A stretch of 64,000 bases of DNA from Bacteroidales bacterium UBA4772 (GCA_002403305.1 DHHM01000007.1:1446-65445), one strand, 5' to 3'; numbered from the stretch's first letter, positions 45,562-58,793 are shown. The notes: generated from the letters alone by a model not told the origin. Translations and numbers: made by a program.

Positions 45562-48500
45562 ATGAGTTTATCGTCATTAAGTATAGAGAGACCGGTACTG
45601 GCCACGGTGATGGCACTGGTGATACTCATTCTCGGAGGTATCGGATATACCTTCCTCGGAGTGAGAGATTACCCGAGTGTTGACCCGGCGATAGTGACAG
45701 TATCAACCTCTTTCCCCGGGGCCAACTCTGACGTAATCGAGACACAGATAACCGAACCTCTTGAGTCTGCAATTAACAGCGTGCAGGGAATACGCTCCAT
45801 ATCGAGCTCCAGTAGCGACGGCTCCTCGCGCATCACCGTTGAGTTCAAACTGGAAGTGGATATGGAGACTGCCGTCAATGACGTCCGCGACAAGGTCTCC
45901 GGCGCCATGCGCCGCCTGCCGCAGGATGTTGACCCGCCGGTGGTGCAGAAAGCCGATGCCGATGCCCAGCCTATATTCGCAGTAACACTCCGCAGCGACA
46001 GCAGGTCAATCATTGACGTCAGCACCTACGCTGAGATCAACTTCAAGGAGAGGTTGCAGACCATCTCAGGTGTAAGCGCTGTGGGGGTCTGGGGATCCAA
46101 AAAGCTATCCATCAGGATGAAGATGGACCCCGCGAGGCTGGCAGCCTACGGCCTCACACCACTGGATGTACGGACCGCAGTAACACGCGAGAACATCGAA
46201 CTTCCTTCGGGAAGGATTGAGGGAGACAACACTGAGCTTACGATCCGAACCCTGGGCAGGCTCCGAACCGTTGACGAGTTCAATGATCTGATCATTGCAA
46301 AGAGCGGCGACAGGGTGGTGAAGTTCAGCGATATAGGAATAGCCGAGATCGATGCCGAGAACATCAGGTCACACCTGAAGAGCAACGGCAAGCCTGCGGT
46401 AAACGTTGTGCTGGTACCCCAGCCTGGCGCCAATTACATCGAAATCGTCGATGAAGCAATGGTAATGCTGGAACAGCTCAAGAAAGACCTGCCGGAAGAT
46501 ATAACCACCGAGATACTCTTTGACAATACAATTTATATACGCGAATCCATCAGGGAGGTCAGGAACACCATCTTCATCGCCTTTTTGCTGGTGGTGCTGG
46601 TCATCTTCTTCTTCCTGAGAAACTGGAGAACAACACTCATACCGGTCATTGCGATCCCTGTTGCCCTTATCGGGACTTTCTTCGTGATGTACATTGCCGA
46701 CTTCACCATTAACACCCTGACGCTATTTGCAATTGTACTGGCCATCGGTCTGGTTGTTGACGATGCCATAGTTGTGGTGGAGAACATATATACAAAGGTC
46801 GAAAAGGGCATGAAGCCCAGGGAGGCTGCCCTCACGGGATCACGCGAGATCTTCTTTGCCATCATCGCCACCACGGTGGCCCTTGTAGCCGTCTTCTTCC
46901 CGATTGTCTTTCTCCAGGGAGTGACCGGCAGGCTCTTCAGGGAGTTCAGCCTGGTGATTGTGGGAGCAGTGGTAATATCCTCCTTCCTGGCACTGACGCT
47001 TACTCCCATGGTCTCATCCAGGGTGCTGAAGCACAATACCATGGAAGGCCGGTTCTACCGGTCTACTGAGCCATTCTTCAGCGGCATGATAAATCTCTAC
47101 CGCAGATGGATAACATCCTTCCTGAAGAGAAGGTACTGGGCCATTGTCATTATTGTGGCTGCCGGCGTGCTGATAGGAATCTTATGGACGATGTTGCCGT
47201 CGGAGATGGCTCCGCTGGAGGACCGCGGTTATTTAAACATCAGCGCCAGGGCCACGGAGGGCACCTCCTACGACTACATGACCGCATATATGAACAGACT
47301 GTATCCGGTAGTACAGGAGAAGGTGCCCGAGAGCGACAACATCATGATGATGGTGGGCATGGGCGGAACCAACAGCGCCAACATGAGGGTCAGGCTCTCC
47401 GACCGTCGTGACCGCAAACGTTCACAGCAGGAGATAGCGGCTTCGCTTTCTCCTGTCCTGAGGCAGTACACCGGTGCCCGGACAATAGTGTCGCAGCAGC
47501 AGACCTTCGGATCACGCCGCGGAGGCCTCCCGGTGCAGTACGTGATACAGGCAAAGAACCTCAACGACCTGAAGAGGGTGATACCCGACTTCATGGCTGA
47601 GGTCTCGGAAAGTCAATACTTTTCGGCCAGCGACGTGAACCTGAAGTTCACCAAGCCTGAGCTTACCGTCCTCATCAACAGGGAGAAAGCCTCCATGATG
47701 GGTGTCAACGTACAGAACATAGCCCAGACACTGCAGCTAACCATGAGTGAGCAACGTATCGGCTATTACATCCTCAACGGCAAGCAGTACCAGATCTTCA
47801 GCCAGTTCGACAAGTCGAAGCGCAATGATCCCTATGATCTCACAAGCACCTACGTCAGGAATGACAAGGGTCATTTGATACAGCTCGACAACATCGTTGA
47901 GATACGCGAGAGCAGCCTGCCGCCGCAGCTCTACAGGTATAACAGGTTCGTGTCGGCAACCGTATCGGCAGGCCTGGCAGGCAAATACACCCTGGGAGAA
48001 GGAATTGAAGAGATGGACAGGATAGCCGCCAGGGTGCTAGATGAGAACTTCAGCACCACCCTCTCGGGCGACTCAAAGGATTTTGTAGAGAGCACTTCCA
48101 GCCTGCTCTTTGCATTCGTCCTGGCCATAGTGCTCATCTACCTCGTTCTCTCGGCACAGTTCGAGAGCTTCCGTGATCCGGTGATCATACTGGTAACGGT
48201 GCCGCTGGCGCTTATCGGTGCACTGTTTATTATGGTCGTCACCGGACAGACACTCAACATCTTCAGCCAGATAGGACTGATCATGCTCATCGGAATGGTG
48301 GCCAAGAACGGGATACTAATTGTTGAGTTTGCCAACCAGAGACAACAGGCAGGACTCAGCATCATGGACGCCGCCCGTGAGGCAGCCGTGGCACGCTTCC
48401 GCCCTGTGCTGATGACAAGCCTCACGACAATCCTCGGCATCCTGCCGCTGGCGCTGGCCTCAGGAGCAGGCGCGGAGAGCCGCATCTCCATGGGCGTCAC

Positions 48501-48621
48501 CGTCGTGGGCGGAATGTTCTTCGCCACCTTCCTGACTCTCTTTGTGGTACCTTCAATCTACAGCTACCTGGCCGGAAAGAAAAATGCAGAAAAAAACAGC
48601 AATGAGCAACCGAAGGCTTAG
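45562..48621 (+). CDS. RND efflux permease (AcrB/AcrD/AcrF family)
   Basis: AIGLVVDDAIVVVENI, GMVAKNGILIVEFA, RFRPVLMTS. Confidence 0.96.
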   Translation: MSLSSLSIERPVLATVMALVILILGGIGYTFLGVRDYPSVDPAIVTVSTSFPGANSDVIETQITEPLESAINSVQGIRSISSSSSDGSSRITVEFKLEVDMETAVNDVRDKVSGAMRRLPQDVDPPVVQKADADAQPIFAVTLRSDSRSIIDVSTYAEINFKERLQTISGVSAVGVWGSKKLSIRMKMDPARLAAYGLTPLDVRTAVTRENIELPSGRIEGDNTELTIRTLGRLRTVDEFNDLIIAKSGDRVVKFSDIGIAEIDAENIRSHLKSNGKPAVNVVLVPQPGANYIEIVDEAMVMLEQLKKDLPEDITTEILFDNTIYIRESIREVRNTIFIAFLLVVLVIFFFLRNWRTTLIPVIAIPVALIGTFFVMYIADFTINTLTLFAIVLAIGLVVDDAIVVVENIYTKVEKGMKPREAALTGSREIFFAIIATTVALVAVFFPIVFLQGVTGRLFREFSLVIVGAVVISSFLALTLTPMVSSRVLKHNTMEGRFYRSTEPFFSGMINLYRRWITSFLKRRYWAIVIIVAAGVLIGILWTMLPSEMAPLEDRGYLNISARATEGTSYDYMTAYMNRLYPVVQEKVPESDNIMMMVGMGGTNSANMRVRLSDRRDRKRSQQEIAASLSPVLRQYTGARTIVSQQQTFGSRRGGLPVQYVIQAKNLNDLKRVIPDFMAEVSESQYFSASDVNLKFTKPELTVLINREKASMMGVNVQNIAQTLQLTMSEQRIGYYILNGKQYQIFSQFDKSKRNDPYDLTSTYVRNDKGHLIQLDNIVEIRESSLPPQLYRYNRFVSATVSAGLAGKYTLGEGIEEMDRIAARVLDENFSTTLSGDSKDFVESTSSLLFAFVLAIVLIYLVLSAQFESFRDPVIILVTVPLALIGALFIMVVTGQTLNIFSQIGLIMLIGMVAKNGILIVEFANQRQQAGLSIMDAAREAAVARFRPVLMTSLTTILGILPLALASGAGAESRISMGVTVVGGMFFATFLTLFVVPSIYSYLAGKKNAEKNSNEQPKA

Positions 48622-49888
48622 TTTCGTGATATTGCTGCTCCTGATGTCACTGGCAGCCGGAGCACAGAAGACAATGACCCTCGATGAGGCCATCATGGTG
48701 GCACTTGAGAACAACTACTCCCTCAAGATCAGCAGGAACGATGAGGCCATGGCAGAAAACAATGTCACTCTGGCACCGTTTCTTCCAACCGTTACAGGTA
48801 CGGGACGACAGTCACAGACAAATAATAATGTTGCCTCTTCATCGTCAGAAGCTGATAAGAGCAGGACAAACCTCTATAATGCCGGTGTTGCCCTTAACTG
48901 GAAGCTGTTTGACGGACTGGGGATGTTCACCACCTACAGCCGGCAGCAGGAGATGCTGGCCATGAGCAGCCAGAGGGTCAGGATAAACGTGGAGAACCTG
49001 GTCATGCGAGTATGCTCAGAATACTACAATATCATAGTACAGCAAAACAGGATGGAATCGGCCCTTACTTCACTGGCTCTTTCAAAGTCACGTTATGACA
49101 ATGCCGAGGAGAAATATATGCTTGGCGTCATCTCGGGGCTCGATCTGCAGCAGGCGAAGATAGACCTCAATGCCGACAGCTCCGCGGTGCTGTCGCAGCA
49201 GGAGACGGTCATCAGTGCTTACATACGGCTGACCAACCTTCTCAGTACGGGCCATGAGATAGACTTCAACATACGCGACTCCATCATCCTTGCTCCTGAT
49301 ATGGATATCGATTCTCTGCGGGCGCGTACACTTAAGTACAATAACCAGCTGATACTTGCGCGGCAGGGAGAGAGACTCTCAGAGTATGACCTGGAGGCCG
49401 TAAGGGCATTGCGCTACCCTACCATTAGCTTCAGCACCGGTTATAACTACAGCCGCAGTGAGTATCCCTGGTCAGCAGGTTCCTTCAACCAGACAAACGG
49501 CCCTAACTGGGGCTTCAATATGTCATGGAATATTTTTTCCGGGTTTGAAACCAACAGGAAGATGTCCAATGCGAAGCTGGAGGCGGGGAACAGCAAGCTG
49601 GCCTATCTCGACATTGAGTATGAGATCATGGGAGAGCTGGACCTGCTCTACAATACCTACCTGAACAATATCACCGTAACCAACTTCGAGGCCGAGAGTG
49701 CAGAGCTGGCCAGGGCATCACTGGAGATAGCCGTGGAGCGATACCGGCTCGGCTCACTGTCGGGACTCGAATTCAGGGATTACCAGAACAACTACCTGAA
49801 CGCCATCAACAGAAGGCTGACAGCACTCTATCAGGCAAAGATTTCCGAGATCGGTCTGAGGCTTCTTGCCGGAGAACTCACTGAATAG
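48602..49888 (+). CDS. TolC family outer membrane efflux protein
   Basis: Signal peptide from ATG 48602, MTLDEAIMVALENN, two OEP repeats (WKLFDG, WNIFSG). Confidence 0.9.
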   Translation: MSNRRLSFVILLLLMSLAAGAQKTMTLDEAIMVALENNYSLKISRNDEAMAENNVTLAPFLPTVTGTGRQSQTNNNVASSSSEADKSRTNLYNAGVALNWKLFDGLGMFTTYSRQQEMLAMSSQRVRINVENLVMRVCSEYYNIIVQQNRMESALTSLALSKSRYDNAEEKYMLGVISGLDLQQAKIDLNADSSAVLSQQETVISAYIRLTNLLSTGHEIDFNIRDSIILAPDMDIDSLRARTLKYNNQLILARQGERLSEYDLEAVRALRYPTISFSTGYNYSRSEYPWSAGSFNQTNGPNWGFNMSWNIFSGFETNRKMSNAKLEAGNSKLAYLDIEYEIMGELDLLYNTYLNNITVTNFEAESAELARASLEIAVERYRLGSLSGLEFRDYQNNYLNAINRRLTALYQAKISEIGLRLLAGELTE

Positions 49889-49924
49889 TACGCAGCCCCT
49901 CTTTTGTTGCAGATATCCGCATCA

Positions 49925-50068
49925 TGTCAGAAGCTTCCGGTCTGTCAGAAGCTTCCGGTCTGTCAGAAGCCTTCGGTCTGTCAGAGGCTTCCGGTCTGTC
50001 AGAGGCCTTCGGTCTGTCAGAGGCCTTCGGTCTGTCAGAGGCTTCCGGTCTGTCAGAGGCCTTCGGCC
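49925..50068. repeat. 18-bp tandem repeat x8 (TGTCAGARGCYTYCGGTC), VNTR
   Basis: Eight contiguous units without spacers between convergent tolC and dedA. Confidence 0.95.
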
Positions 50069-50096
50069 GTAAAACCGCGGCTCCCGGCGGGAGTGT

Positions 50097-50726
50097 TTAT
50101 TGATCAGCGTTCCTCTTCCTGTTCCTGTAGGCCCTGATCCCTTTCCATGACAGCCATATGACAAACAGCGCCCCAACCGCGTACATTACCCAGTCGAGGT
50201 ATGGCAGTATATGATCCCGCATGTCATAGGCAAAATAGCCAATCAGGGCCAGGATTAAGTTCCAGAGACCGGCACCGAGAAAAGTATAGAGAAGGAATGT
50301 CCATATGTTCATCCCGGAGAGACCGGCCGGGATGGATATCAGCTGTCGCACTGCCGGCACCAGTCTGCCTATGAAAGTAGAGGCCTTGCCATGTTTCACG
50401 AAATACTTTTCGGCATTCTCCACACTGCTTCGATGGATCAGCAGGGCATGGGCCCACTTCGTGTCGGCCAGGCGGTAAAGCAGAGGCCTGCCCAGCCATA
50501 TCGAAAGGTAATAGTTGATTATGGCTCCGGACATCGCACCTGCAGTCGAAGCCAGAAGCACTCCCGCCATGGTCAGCGAGCCCTCTCCCGCCTTCCACGC
50601 AGCAAAGGGAACAACTATCTCAGAGGGGAACGGCACGAATGAACTCTCGACGGTCATCAGAAGCCATATCGTGAAATAATTAAGGTTGGCCATGTACCAC
50701 TCAAAAACAGTCTGAAATATCTCCAT
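50097..50726 (-). CDS. DedA family membrane protein
   Basis: ESSFVPFPSE, FIGRLVPAVRQLISIPAG. Confidence 0.92.
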   Translation of the reverse strand: MEIFQTVFEWYMANLNYFTIWLLMTVESSFVPFPSEIVVPFAAWKAGEGSLTMAGVLLASTAGAMSGAIINYYLSIWLGRPLLYRLADTKWAHALLIHRSSVENAEKYFVKHGKASTFIGRLVPAVRQLISIPAGLSGMNIWTFLLYTFLGAGLWNLILALIGYFAYDMRDHILPYLDWVMYAVGALFVIWLSWKGIRAYRNRKRNADQ

Positions 50727-50732
50727 GCCAGG

Positions 50733-50948
50733 TAAGTCTGTAAAGTCGAAAGTCCTTAAAGTCCTTAAAGTCTAAAGGTTATTATTCTGTTGCCTAATCT
50801 ATTTATAATTACCTTCTTAATTCTTAATTCTTAATTCTTAATTCCATCCACTATTGCCGACTGTGGACTGTGGGATGCCGACTGCCGACTGTGGACTGTG
50901 GACTGCCGACTGCCGACTGTGGACTGTGGACTGCCGACTGTGGACTGA
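50733..50948. repeat. Patchwork of short tandem repeats: AAAGTC-based units, (TTCTTAA)n and (GACTGCC/GACTGTG)n
   Basis: aaagtcgaaagtccttaaagtccttaaagtc; ttcttaattcttaattcttaattcttaattc; gccgactgtggactg...gccgactgtggactg. Confidence 0.9.
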
Positions 50949-50949
50949 A

Positions 50950-52938
<1,989 letters not shown>

Positions 52939-52993
52939 TTAGTTGAAAAAATATGTTTTAACGGTTTGATAATATGTTATTTATAAAATCACA

Positions 52994-53001
52994 CAAAGGT
53001 A
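52994..53001 (-). promoter_or_regulatory. -7 box (TACCTTTG) for gyrB
   Basis: Exact TAnnTTTG upstream of gyrB. Confidence 0.55.
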
Positions 53002-53083
53002 GCAAAAAGTAACATATTTACCCCCTCAAAGGCAACAATTAAATGAGATAGATATGAACAATCATTACCGTTTTACCGACACC

Positions 53084-54775
53084 TTAAAGGCTGTAGGTAA
53101 ATCCGCCCAAAATCATAAAATTACGTGAGGGATAATAGTTCCACTCAAAGTACCGGTTGTAGGAGATATTGTTGCACCGGAGCCAGAAGGAGATGTCGGG
53201 TGTGTAGCGATACTCGGCCCCCATGTTCAGGTTTGGGTGCACCGGAAGTTTGACGATATCCCGGGGGGCCTTAACGAGTGCGTGCCGAACCCCCGTCAGG
53301 GAGAATGCGGCAGAGGCTATTATCTTGTTTCTCAGGTTGTATTCTGCCTTTAACGATCCGTCCCAGTCAGGCTTATGCCATGCATACTCTTCACCTGACA
53401 TGTCATACCCGTACCAGTTACCTGCCACTGTGAGAGTCAGCTGCCGGTCTACCGGGTACTTCACCTCACCGTGGACCTTCAGCAGGCTGCCGTCGTCATA
53501 CACGGGCAGAAAATAGTTGCCGACACCAATGGTATCATTCATAAAGAGCAGCATGTCCCTGAACATCGTGAAGCTCACGCCAAGAGCATAAGTGGCTGTG
53601 ACATTCATGTTACCCGATATGCCGGCCTTTATCCTCAACTGATTGTCGGTGCTGCGCAAAGTGAAGAGGGTGTCACCGGGCATCATCCACGGGTTGACGT
53701 AGGCCGTATTACGTGCCTGGTTGTTCTCCAGCCAGCCGTCGACAGCTGCCGTGAACCTGAGGAACTGCGGTATAACCCTGAAGGTGAAGGAGACATCCGG
53801 GTAGAAATGCATATAGAGCTTTGTCTCCCCGCCCAGGAGAGGATCATAATTCTCCCTGAGATCAGCGTTCACCTTTAGCCCGAATTTAAATCTCCAGTTA
53901 TCGTTGCCTTTTGTGATATACGGTTCCAGGGCAAGCAGGTTGCGCGCTTTGCTGTCAACACCTTTAGCAAAGAGATAGAGATCATAATTGAGATCCACGC
54001 CGCCGTAGAGCCCGAACATGTTGGTGCCTCCCCTGGCCTGAAGTGACGGGTTGTGCTGCATGCCGTCACTCTCGCGCATGAAGATGTTATAGCTCACGGT
54101 GGCATCCCAGTTGATATCGTTTGAGTCAGGCTCCATGGTGAAGTACCTCGCCCTTGCAGTCGCATCGTAATAGAGTGACCTGATATCCTTTTTGTCAGGA
54201 TCGTACCCGATGACATCAGGGTCATAGCCGTAAGCATAGCGGGTCATCTGCCTGAAATCAATGTCCATATCGAGGCGGCTACGCCTGAAGTACTTCTTGC
54301 CGTAAAGAATAGCCTGGTTGTCAAGGAAACCGCCATATACCCTGGCATCATTCTCCAGTTCTATCCTGGATGCAGAGGCATAACTGCGGGTGAAGAGCCC
54401 GATACTGCCCTTCGCAGACCTTCCGTTTGATATGCTGACCTCGAGGAAGGGTGACAGATAGGTGCCAAAACCGAGGCTCACATATCCCTTCCTGAGCTCC
54501 TCGAGAGGATCAGGCGACAGCACCGCTGATTTTATCGGGCTCACCTCGTATTCAGGAACAAAAGAACCGGGGGTGAAGTCGTACGCAAAGGTGACCCTCA
54601 CTGTAGAGGTGTCATCGGCTGATGGCAGCAGGGTGTGCTTTGCAGCAGCCTGCAATGTGGGCTTGTAAGGGTTGTACAGTGTCACTGACCTCCTTATTGC
54701 CTCATCCTCTGTCTGTCCGCCGGCAAGTACCGTGATCAGCAGGGCAGCTGCGGTGAAATATATCTTCTTCTTCAT
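53084..54775 (-). CDS. Outer membrane beta-barrel protein (TonB-dependent-receptor-like, Bacteroidota)
   Basis: Signal peptide, YKPTL, alternating aromatic strands, C-terminal GGFTYSL; follows large TPR gene. Confidence 0.7.
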   Translation of the reverse strand: MKKKIYFTAAALLITVLAGGQTEDEAIRRSVTLYNPYKPTLQAAAKHTLLPSADDTSTVRVTFAYDFTPGSFVPEYEVSPIKSAVLSPDPLEELRKGYVSLGFGTYLSPFLEVSISNGRSAKGSIGLFTRSYASASRIELENDARVYGGFLDNQAILYGKKYFRRSRLDMDIDFRQMTRYAYGYDPDVIGYDPDKKDIRSLYYDATARARYFTMEPDSNDINWDATVSYNIFMRESDGMQHNPSLQARGGTNMFGLYGGVDLNYDLYLFAKGVDSKARNLLALEPYITKGNDNWRFKFGLKVNADLRENYDPLLGGETKLYMHFYPDVSFTFRVIPQFLRFTAAVDGWLENNQARNTAYVNPWMMPGDTLFTLRSTDNQLRIKAGISGNMNVTATYALGVSFTMFRDMLLFMNDTIGVGNYFLPVYDDGSLLKVHGEVKYPVDRQLTLTVAGNWYGYDMSGEEYAWHKPDWDGSLKAEYNLRNKIIASAAFSLTGVRHALVKAPRDIVKLPVHPNLNMGAEYRYTPDISFWLRCNNISYNRYFEWNYYPSRNFMILGGFTYSL

Positions 54776-54794
54776 TGCTTTCTCCGTTTAATGA

Positions 54795-57700
54795 TCAGTT
54801 CGGTCTCTCTGTTGTTCCTGCTGCGGCTCCCTCCTCTGCGGTAAGTGCCGCGAGTCTGGAACGCGCCTCGCCAATGATACCGTCATCAGGCACTGTATAG
54901 TAGTCTATCAGGCTCTGCAGGGTAGCTTTGGCCTGGAACGTATCACCCTTCTTCAGGGCTATGTCTGAAAGTAAAAGGAATACCCTCCCCGTCCAGTATG
55001 CGTGGGGCGAACTCATATCTACAAACTGGTTGGCCTCCTTCTCCGCCCCGCTGATGTCACCCGCCTGCCACAGCAGCTCCGCCACATGATATTTTGCTTC
55101 GGCACCGTAAGCCGTCGCCACCTCAGAACCCACCCTCCGGTAGTCGTCAAGCGCATCCTCATTGTTGCCAAGATGCTGGTTTGATTTTGCCGTCAGGAAG
55201 GTCGCCTCACGCGCCAATTCCTCTGTCAGCTTGTCAGATTCCAGCACCAGCTCAGCTGCGGCAATGGTCTTTTCATCATCCTCCAGTCGCGCTGCTGACC
55301 TCATCATGCCAAGCCATGCATACATTCGGTTCTCAGGACTGGTCGCCTCTCCCCCCAGCCTTTCGTAGAGAGAGTATGACCTTCGGTAGCCGTCCTTGCC
55401 GTAGGTTATGGAAGCCGCTCCGAGAAGAGACTGCTCCATGAACTGGTTGTTGCCCACGCTGACGACCTGCAAGTAGAGAGCGAGAGCTTCATCAAGGTCA
55501 CCCGATCTGTTCAGACAGTCGGCAAGGTAGAACCTGGCATTGGTGGCAAAGCTTCCCGACGGAAACTCACGCAGATAATCCCTGAAGATCTCCGATGCAC
55601 GGTCACAGTTGCCCTTGACATACTGGTTCTCCCCGGATATATATGTCATGGAATCACGTGTGGCAGCCTTGATGTCTCCCATCCCTTCAACGTTCTGCAT
55701 GTAGGCAAAATATGACTGCACGTCGTCCATATCCGTATATGCATTCCTGAGACCGTTGACGGCATTGCGGGCCTCAGGGGTGTTCCTGAAGTTCTCTATC
55801 ACCTTCTTGAACTGGGCCACAGCCTTCTCGTTCTCACCTGCATTGTAGTATATCAGTCCCAGCTGTACCATCGCCGGCGGCACGAACTGGCTGGTGGTGT
55901 ACCATGCAATGATGTTTGTGAAATCAGCCTCACCCCTCCTGGGCTGCCCGACGGCCACATGGGCACGGCCCCGCTCAAAGAGTGCATTTGGTATGTAGGC
56001 CGACCTGGGATACTTGTCTATCAGCGAGGTCAGGGTTGATATCTTCGCCTCGTTGTTGTTGCTCAGACCCAGGGCAAATCCCTTCTGGAACATCGCATAG
56101 TCGGCATCCTGCCTTGCATTTGCTATCACCCTGTCATAGTAGGATATGGCAGAAGTATAATCGGCCTGCATATAATAACAGTCGGCAATGCGGTTGAGGG
56201 CATCAACAACCATATCGGACCTTGCCGCACTCTTTACGTTCCGCGTGAATGCCATGAAGGCGGGCAGTGCCCTGGCATATTCACCGCTGTTGTACCATAA
56301 ATATCCGAGGTTGTAATCTATCAGTTCATACTCGGGAAGGCTGACTGCCGCAGGGAGCTTCCTGAAGCCCTCCCAGTCGTTGCCGGCTGCAATCACATTG
56401 CCGAGGTGGTAGTTCGATTCGCCTCTCCAGTAGAGTGCCAGCGCCCTTAGTTCGGGATTCATCTCCTTGTATAGCAGCGACTTGTCGAACATAGCCACTG
56501 CATCAGCAAATTTCCCGTTGCTATAGAGCTCAACCCCGCGATAATAGGTGACCTTCTGCCAGGCTTCCTTAAGCCTCTCATCCTTGTTGGTTATCTTTTC
56601 CAGCGAGCTGAGGGCCGCCTGGTAGTTCTTCAGCCTCATGTATGCCGATATCAGGTAGTCGTAAGCCTCCGACAGGTGGTCAGAGCCCGGATAGCTCTGG
56701 ATGTAGCTGTGAAGGGCTTCTATTCCCTCACCAAAGGGAGCATAGGAGTTCTCATATGCCAGCTTGGCAAAATTAAAGAGAGCCTCCTCCTGCACCGCGG
56801 GATCATAATTCATCTTTGATGCAGCAGAGAAGGCCATCTGCGCCTTTTTCTTGTCGTTGCTCTTCAGATAGCATGAGCCCAGCATGTAATAGGCATTCTG
56901 CGTCAGGATGTCACTCCCGCCCACCACCTGGTTGAAGAGCCTGGCGGCCTTTTCGATCTCATCAGTGCGGTAATAGCTGTAGGCCAGCTCATACTTGTCA
57001 TTTCTGCCACTGAGCCTCGTCTCGCTGATAAATTTCTCAAGCCAGGGTATCGCCTCACTGTAGTTACCCTTCTGAAAGTGTGCGTCTCCGATGAAGCGGT
57101 ATAGCTCTGTCTCCCTCTTCTTTCCGGCCTGGTCAATGAGCGAGGGTGCCATCTCCAGGATACCGTCATAATTCTCGTTGATGTAATAGATCTGAACGAT
57201 ATAGAAGGGCACCACCCCGCCGAAGGTCTCGTCACCACTGAGCCTTTCAAAGCCCTCCAGTGCCGTTTCATAGAAGCCGTTCTCATAAGCGATGGCCGAG
57301 TGATAGTAGATGGCCGGAGAGGTATAATCGGTATCCACGTCCATCAGTTCCGCAAAGAGCATCTGTGCCCTCTTCTCATCACCCCGCCTGTAGTGTGAAT
57401 ATCCGAGTTTGAATATATACTCTGCCAGCTCCCTGTCATCAAGCTTCAAACGGTCGGTCTGCTCAAACCAGTCGATGGCACAACTGTAATTGCGTTTCTG
57501 GTAGCAGTAAAGACCCGACTCTAACCTGGCCCGGTTGAGCATCGGGCTCTCACTGTTGCCCGCAATAAAGCGCTGCATCCTGTATTCGGCATCAGGCGCC
57601 ATGAGGCGCATGGCGGAGATGGCTGCATGATACTCAGCATCAGCCCTCTGTATACTGCTACCGCTCTTCTCCGTGGCAAGCCACCTGTCAAACAGCTCGA

Positions 57701-57851
57701 TGGCAGTGGCATACTTGGCCTTCCCGTACATCTCATAAGCACTGTTCAGCAGCGAGGTCATCTCTTCACCGGAGAAGGACGACTGCCCCCTGACGGCAAG
57801 CCCGCCGGTGAGCAGCGCAACAACCATAATCACCAGTATCTTCCTGTTCAT
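54795..57851 (-). CDS. Large exported tetratricopeptide repeat protein
   Basis: Signal peptide; many TPR units (AYYMLGSCY, ALYWRGESNY, AMFQKG, ARFYLADC). Confidence 0.9.
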   Translation of the reverse strand: MNRKILVIMVVALLTGGLAVRGQSSFSGEEMTSLLNSAYEMYGKAKYATAIELFDRWLATEKSGSSIQRADAEYHAAISAMRLMAPDAEYRMQRFIAGNSESPMLNRARLESGLYCYQKRNYSCAIDWFEQTDRLKLDDRELAEYIFKLGYSHYRRGDEKRAQMLFAELMDVDTDYTSPAIYYHSAIAYENGFYETALEGFERLSGDETFGGVVPFYIVQIYYINENYDGILEMAPSLIDQAGKKRETELYRFIGDAHFQKGNYSEAIPWLEKFISETRLSGRNDKYELAYSYYRTDEIEKAARLFNQVVGGSDILTQNAYYMLGSCYLKSNDKKKAQMAFSAASKMNYDPAVQEEALFNFAKLAYENSYAPFGEGIEALHSYIQSYPGSDHLSEAYDYLISAYMRLKNYQAALSSLEKITNKDERLKEAWQKVTYYRGVELYSNGKFADAVAMFDKSLLYKEMNPELRALALYWRGESNYHLGNVIAAGNDWEGFRKLPAAVSLPEYELIDYNLGYLWYNSGEYARALPAFMAFTRNVKSAARSDMVVDALNRIADCYYMQADYTSAISYYDRVIANARQDADYAMFQKGFALGLSNNNEAKISTLTSLIDKYPRSAYIPNALFERGRAHVAVGQPRRGEADFTNIIAWYTTSQFVPPAMVQLGLIYYNAGENEKAVAQFKKVIENFRNTPEARNAVNGLRNAYTDMDDVQSYFAYMQNVEGMGDIKAATRDSMTYISGENQYVKGNCDRASEIFRDYLREFPSGSFATNARFYLADCLNRSGDLDEALALYLQVVSVGNNQFMEQSLLGAASITYGKDGYRRSYSLYERLGGEATSPENRMYAWLGMMRSAARLEDDEKTIAAAELVLESDKLTEELAREATFLTAKSNQHLGNNEDALDDYRRVGSEVATAYGAEAKYHVAELLWQAGDISGAEKEANQFVDMSSPHAYWTGRVFLLLSDIALKKGDTFQAKATLQSLIDYYTVPDDGIIGEARSRLAALTAEEGAAAGTTERPN

Positions 57852-57878
57852 AACTTTATCTTTTCATGAGCCTCTTGC

Positions 57879-57894
57879 AGCAAAAACAGCGCCA
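57879..57894 (-). promoter_or_regulatory. Putative sigma-54 (-24/-12) promoter TGGCGCTGTTTTTGCT for TPR/beta-barrel operon
   Basis: TGGC-N8-TTGCT (GG-N10-GC), 27 nt upstream of ATG. Confidence 0.6.
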
Positions 57895-58076
57895 CAAACC
57901 GGAGTCTGCAGACAATTTATTATAAAACAATATATTACGCCATATTTGCGACATAGTTTAACCAGCCGTAAAATTACAACTATAAAACAGGGTAAAAATC
58001 TCTTTAACACTCATTTTATCAACATCAATGCAGCTGATTGTTAATTCTTTTTTACTTTGCACGAAAAGAAAACAGG

Positions 58077-58793
<717 letters not shown>

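Noticed and set aside
49866-50176. ORFs through the 18-bp repeat, and a CRISPR interpretation of it
   Set aside because: Frames are open only because the unit is a stop-free multiple of 3; units are contiguous, with no spacers and no cas genes
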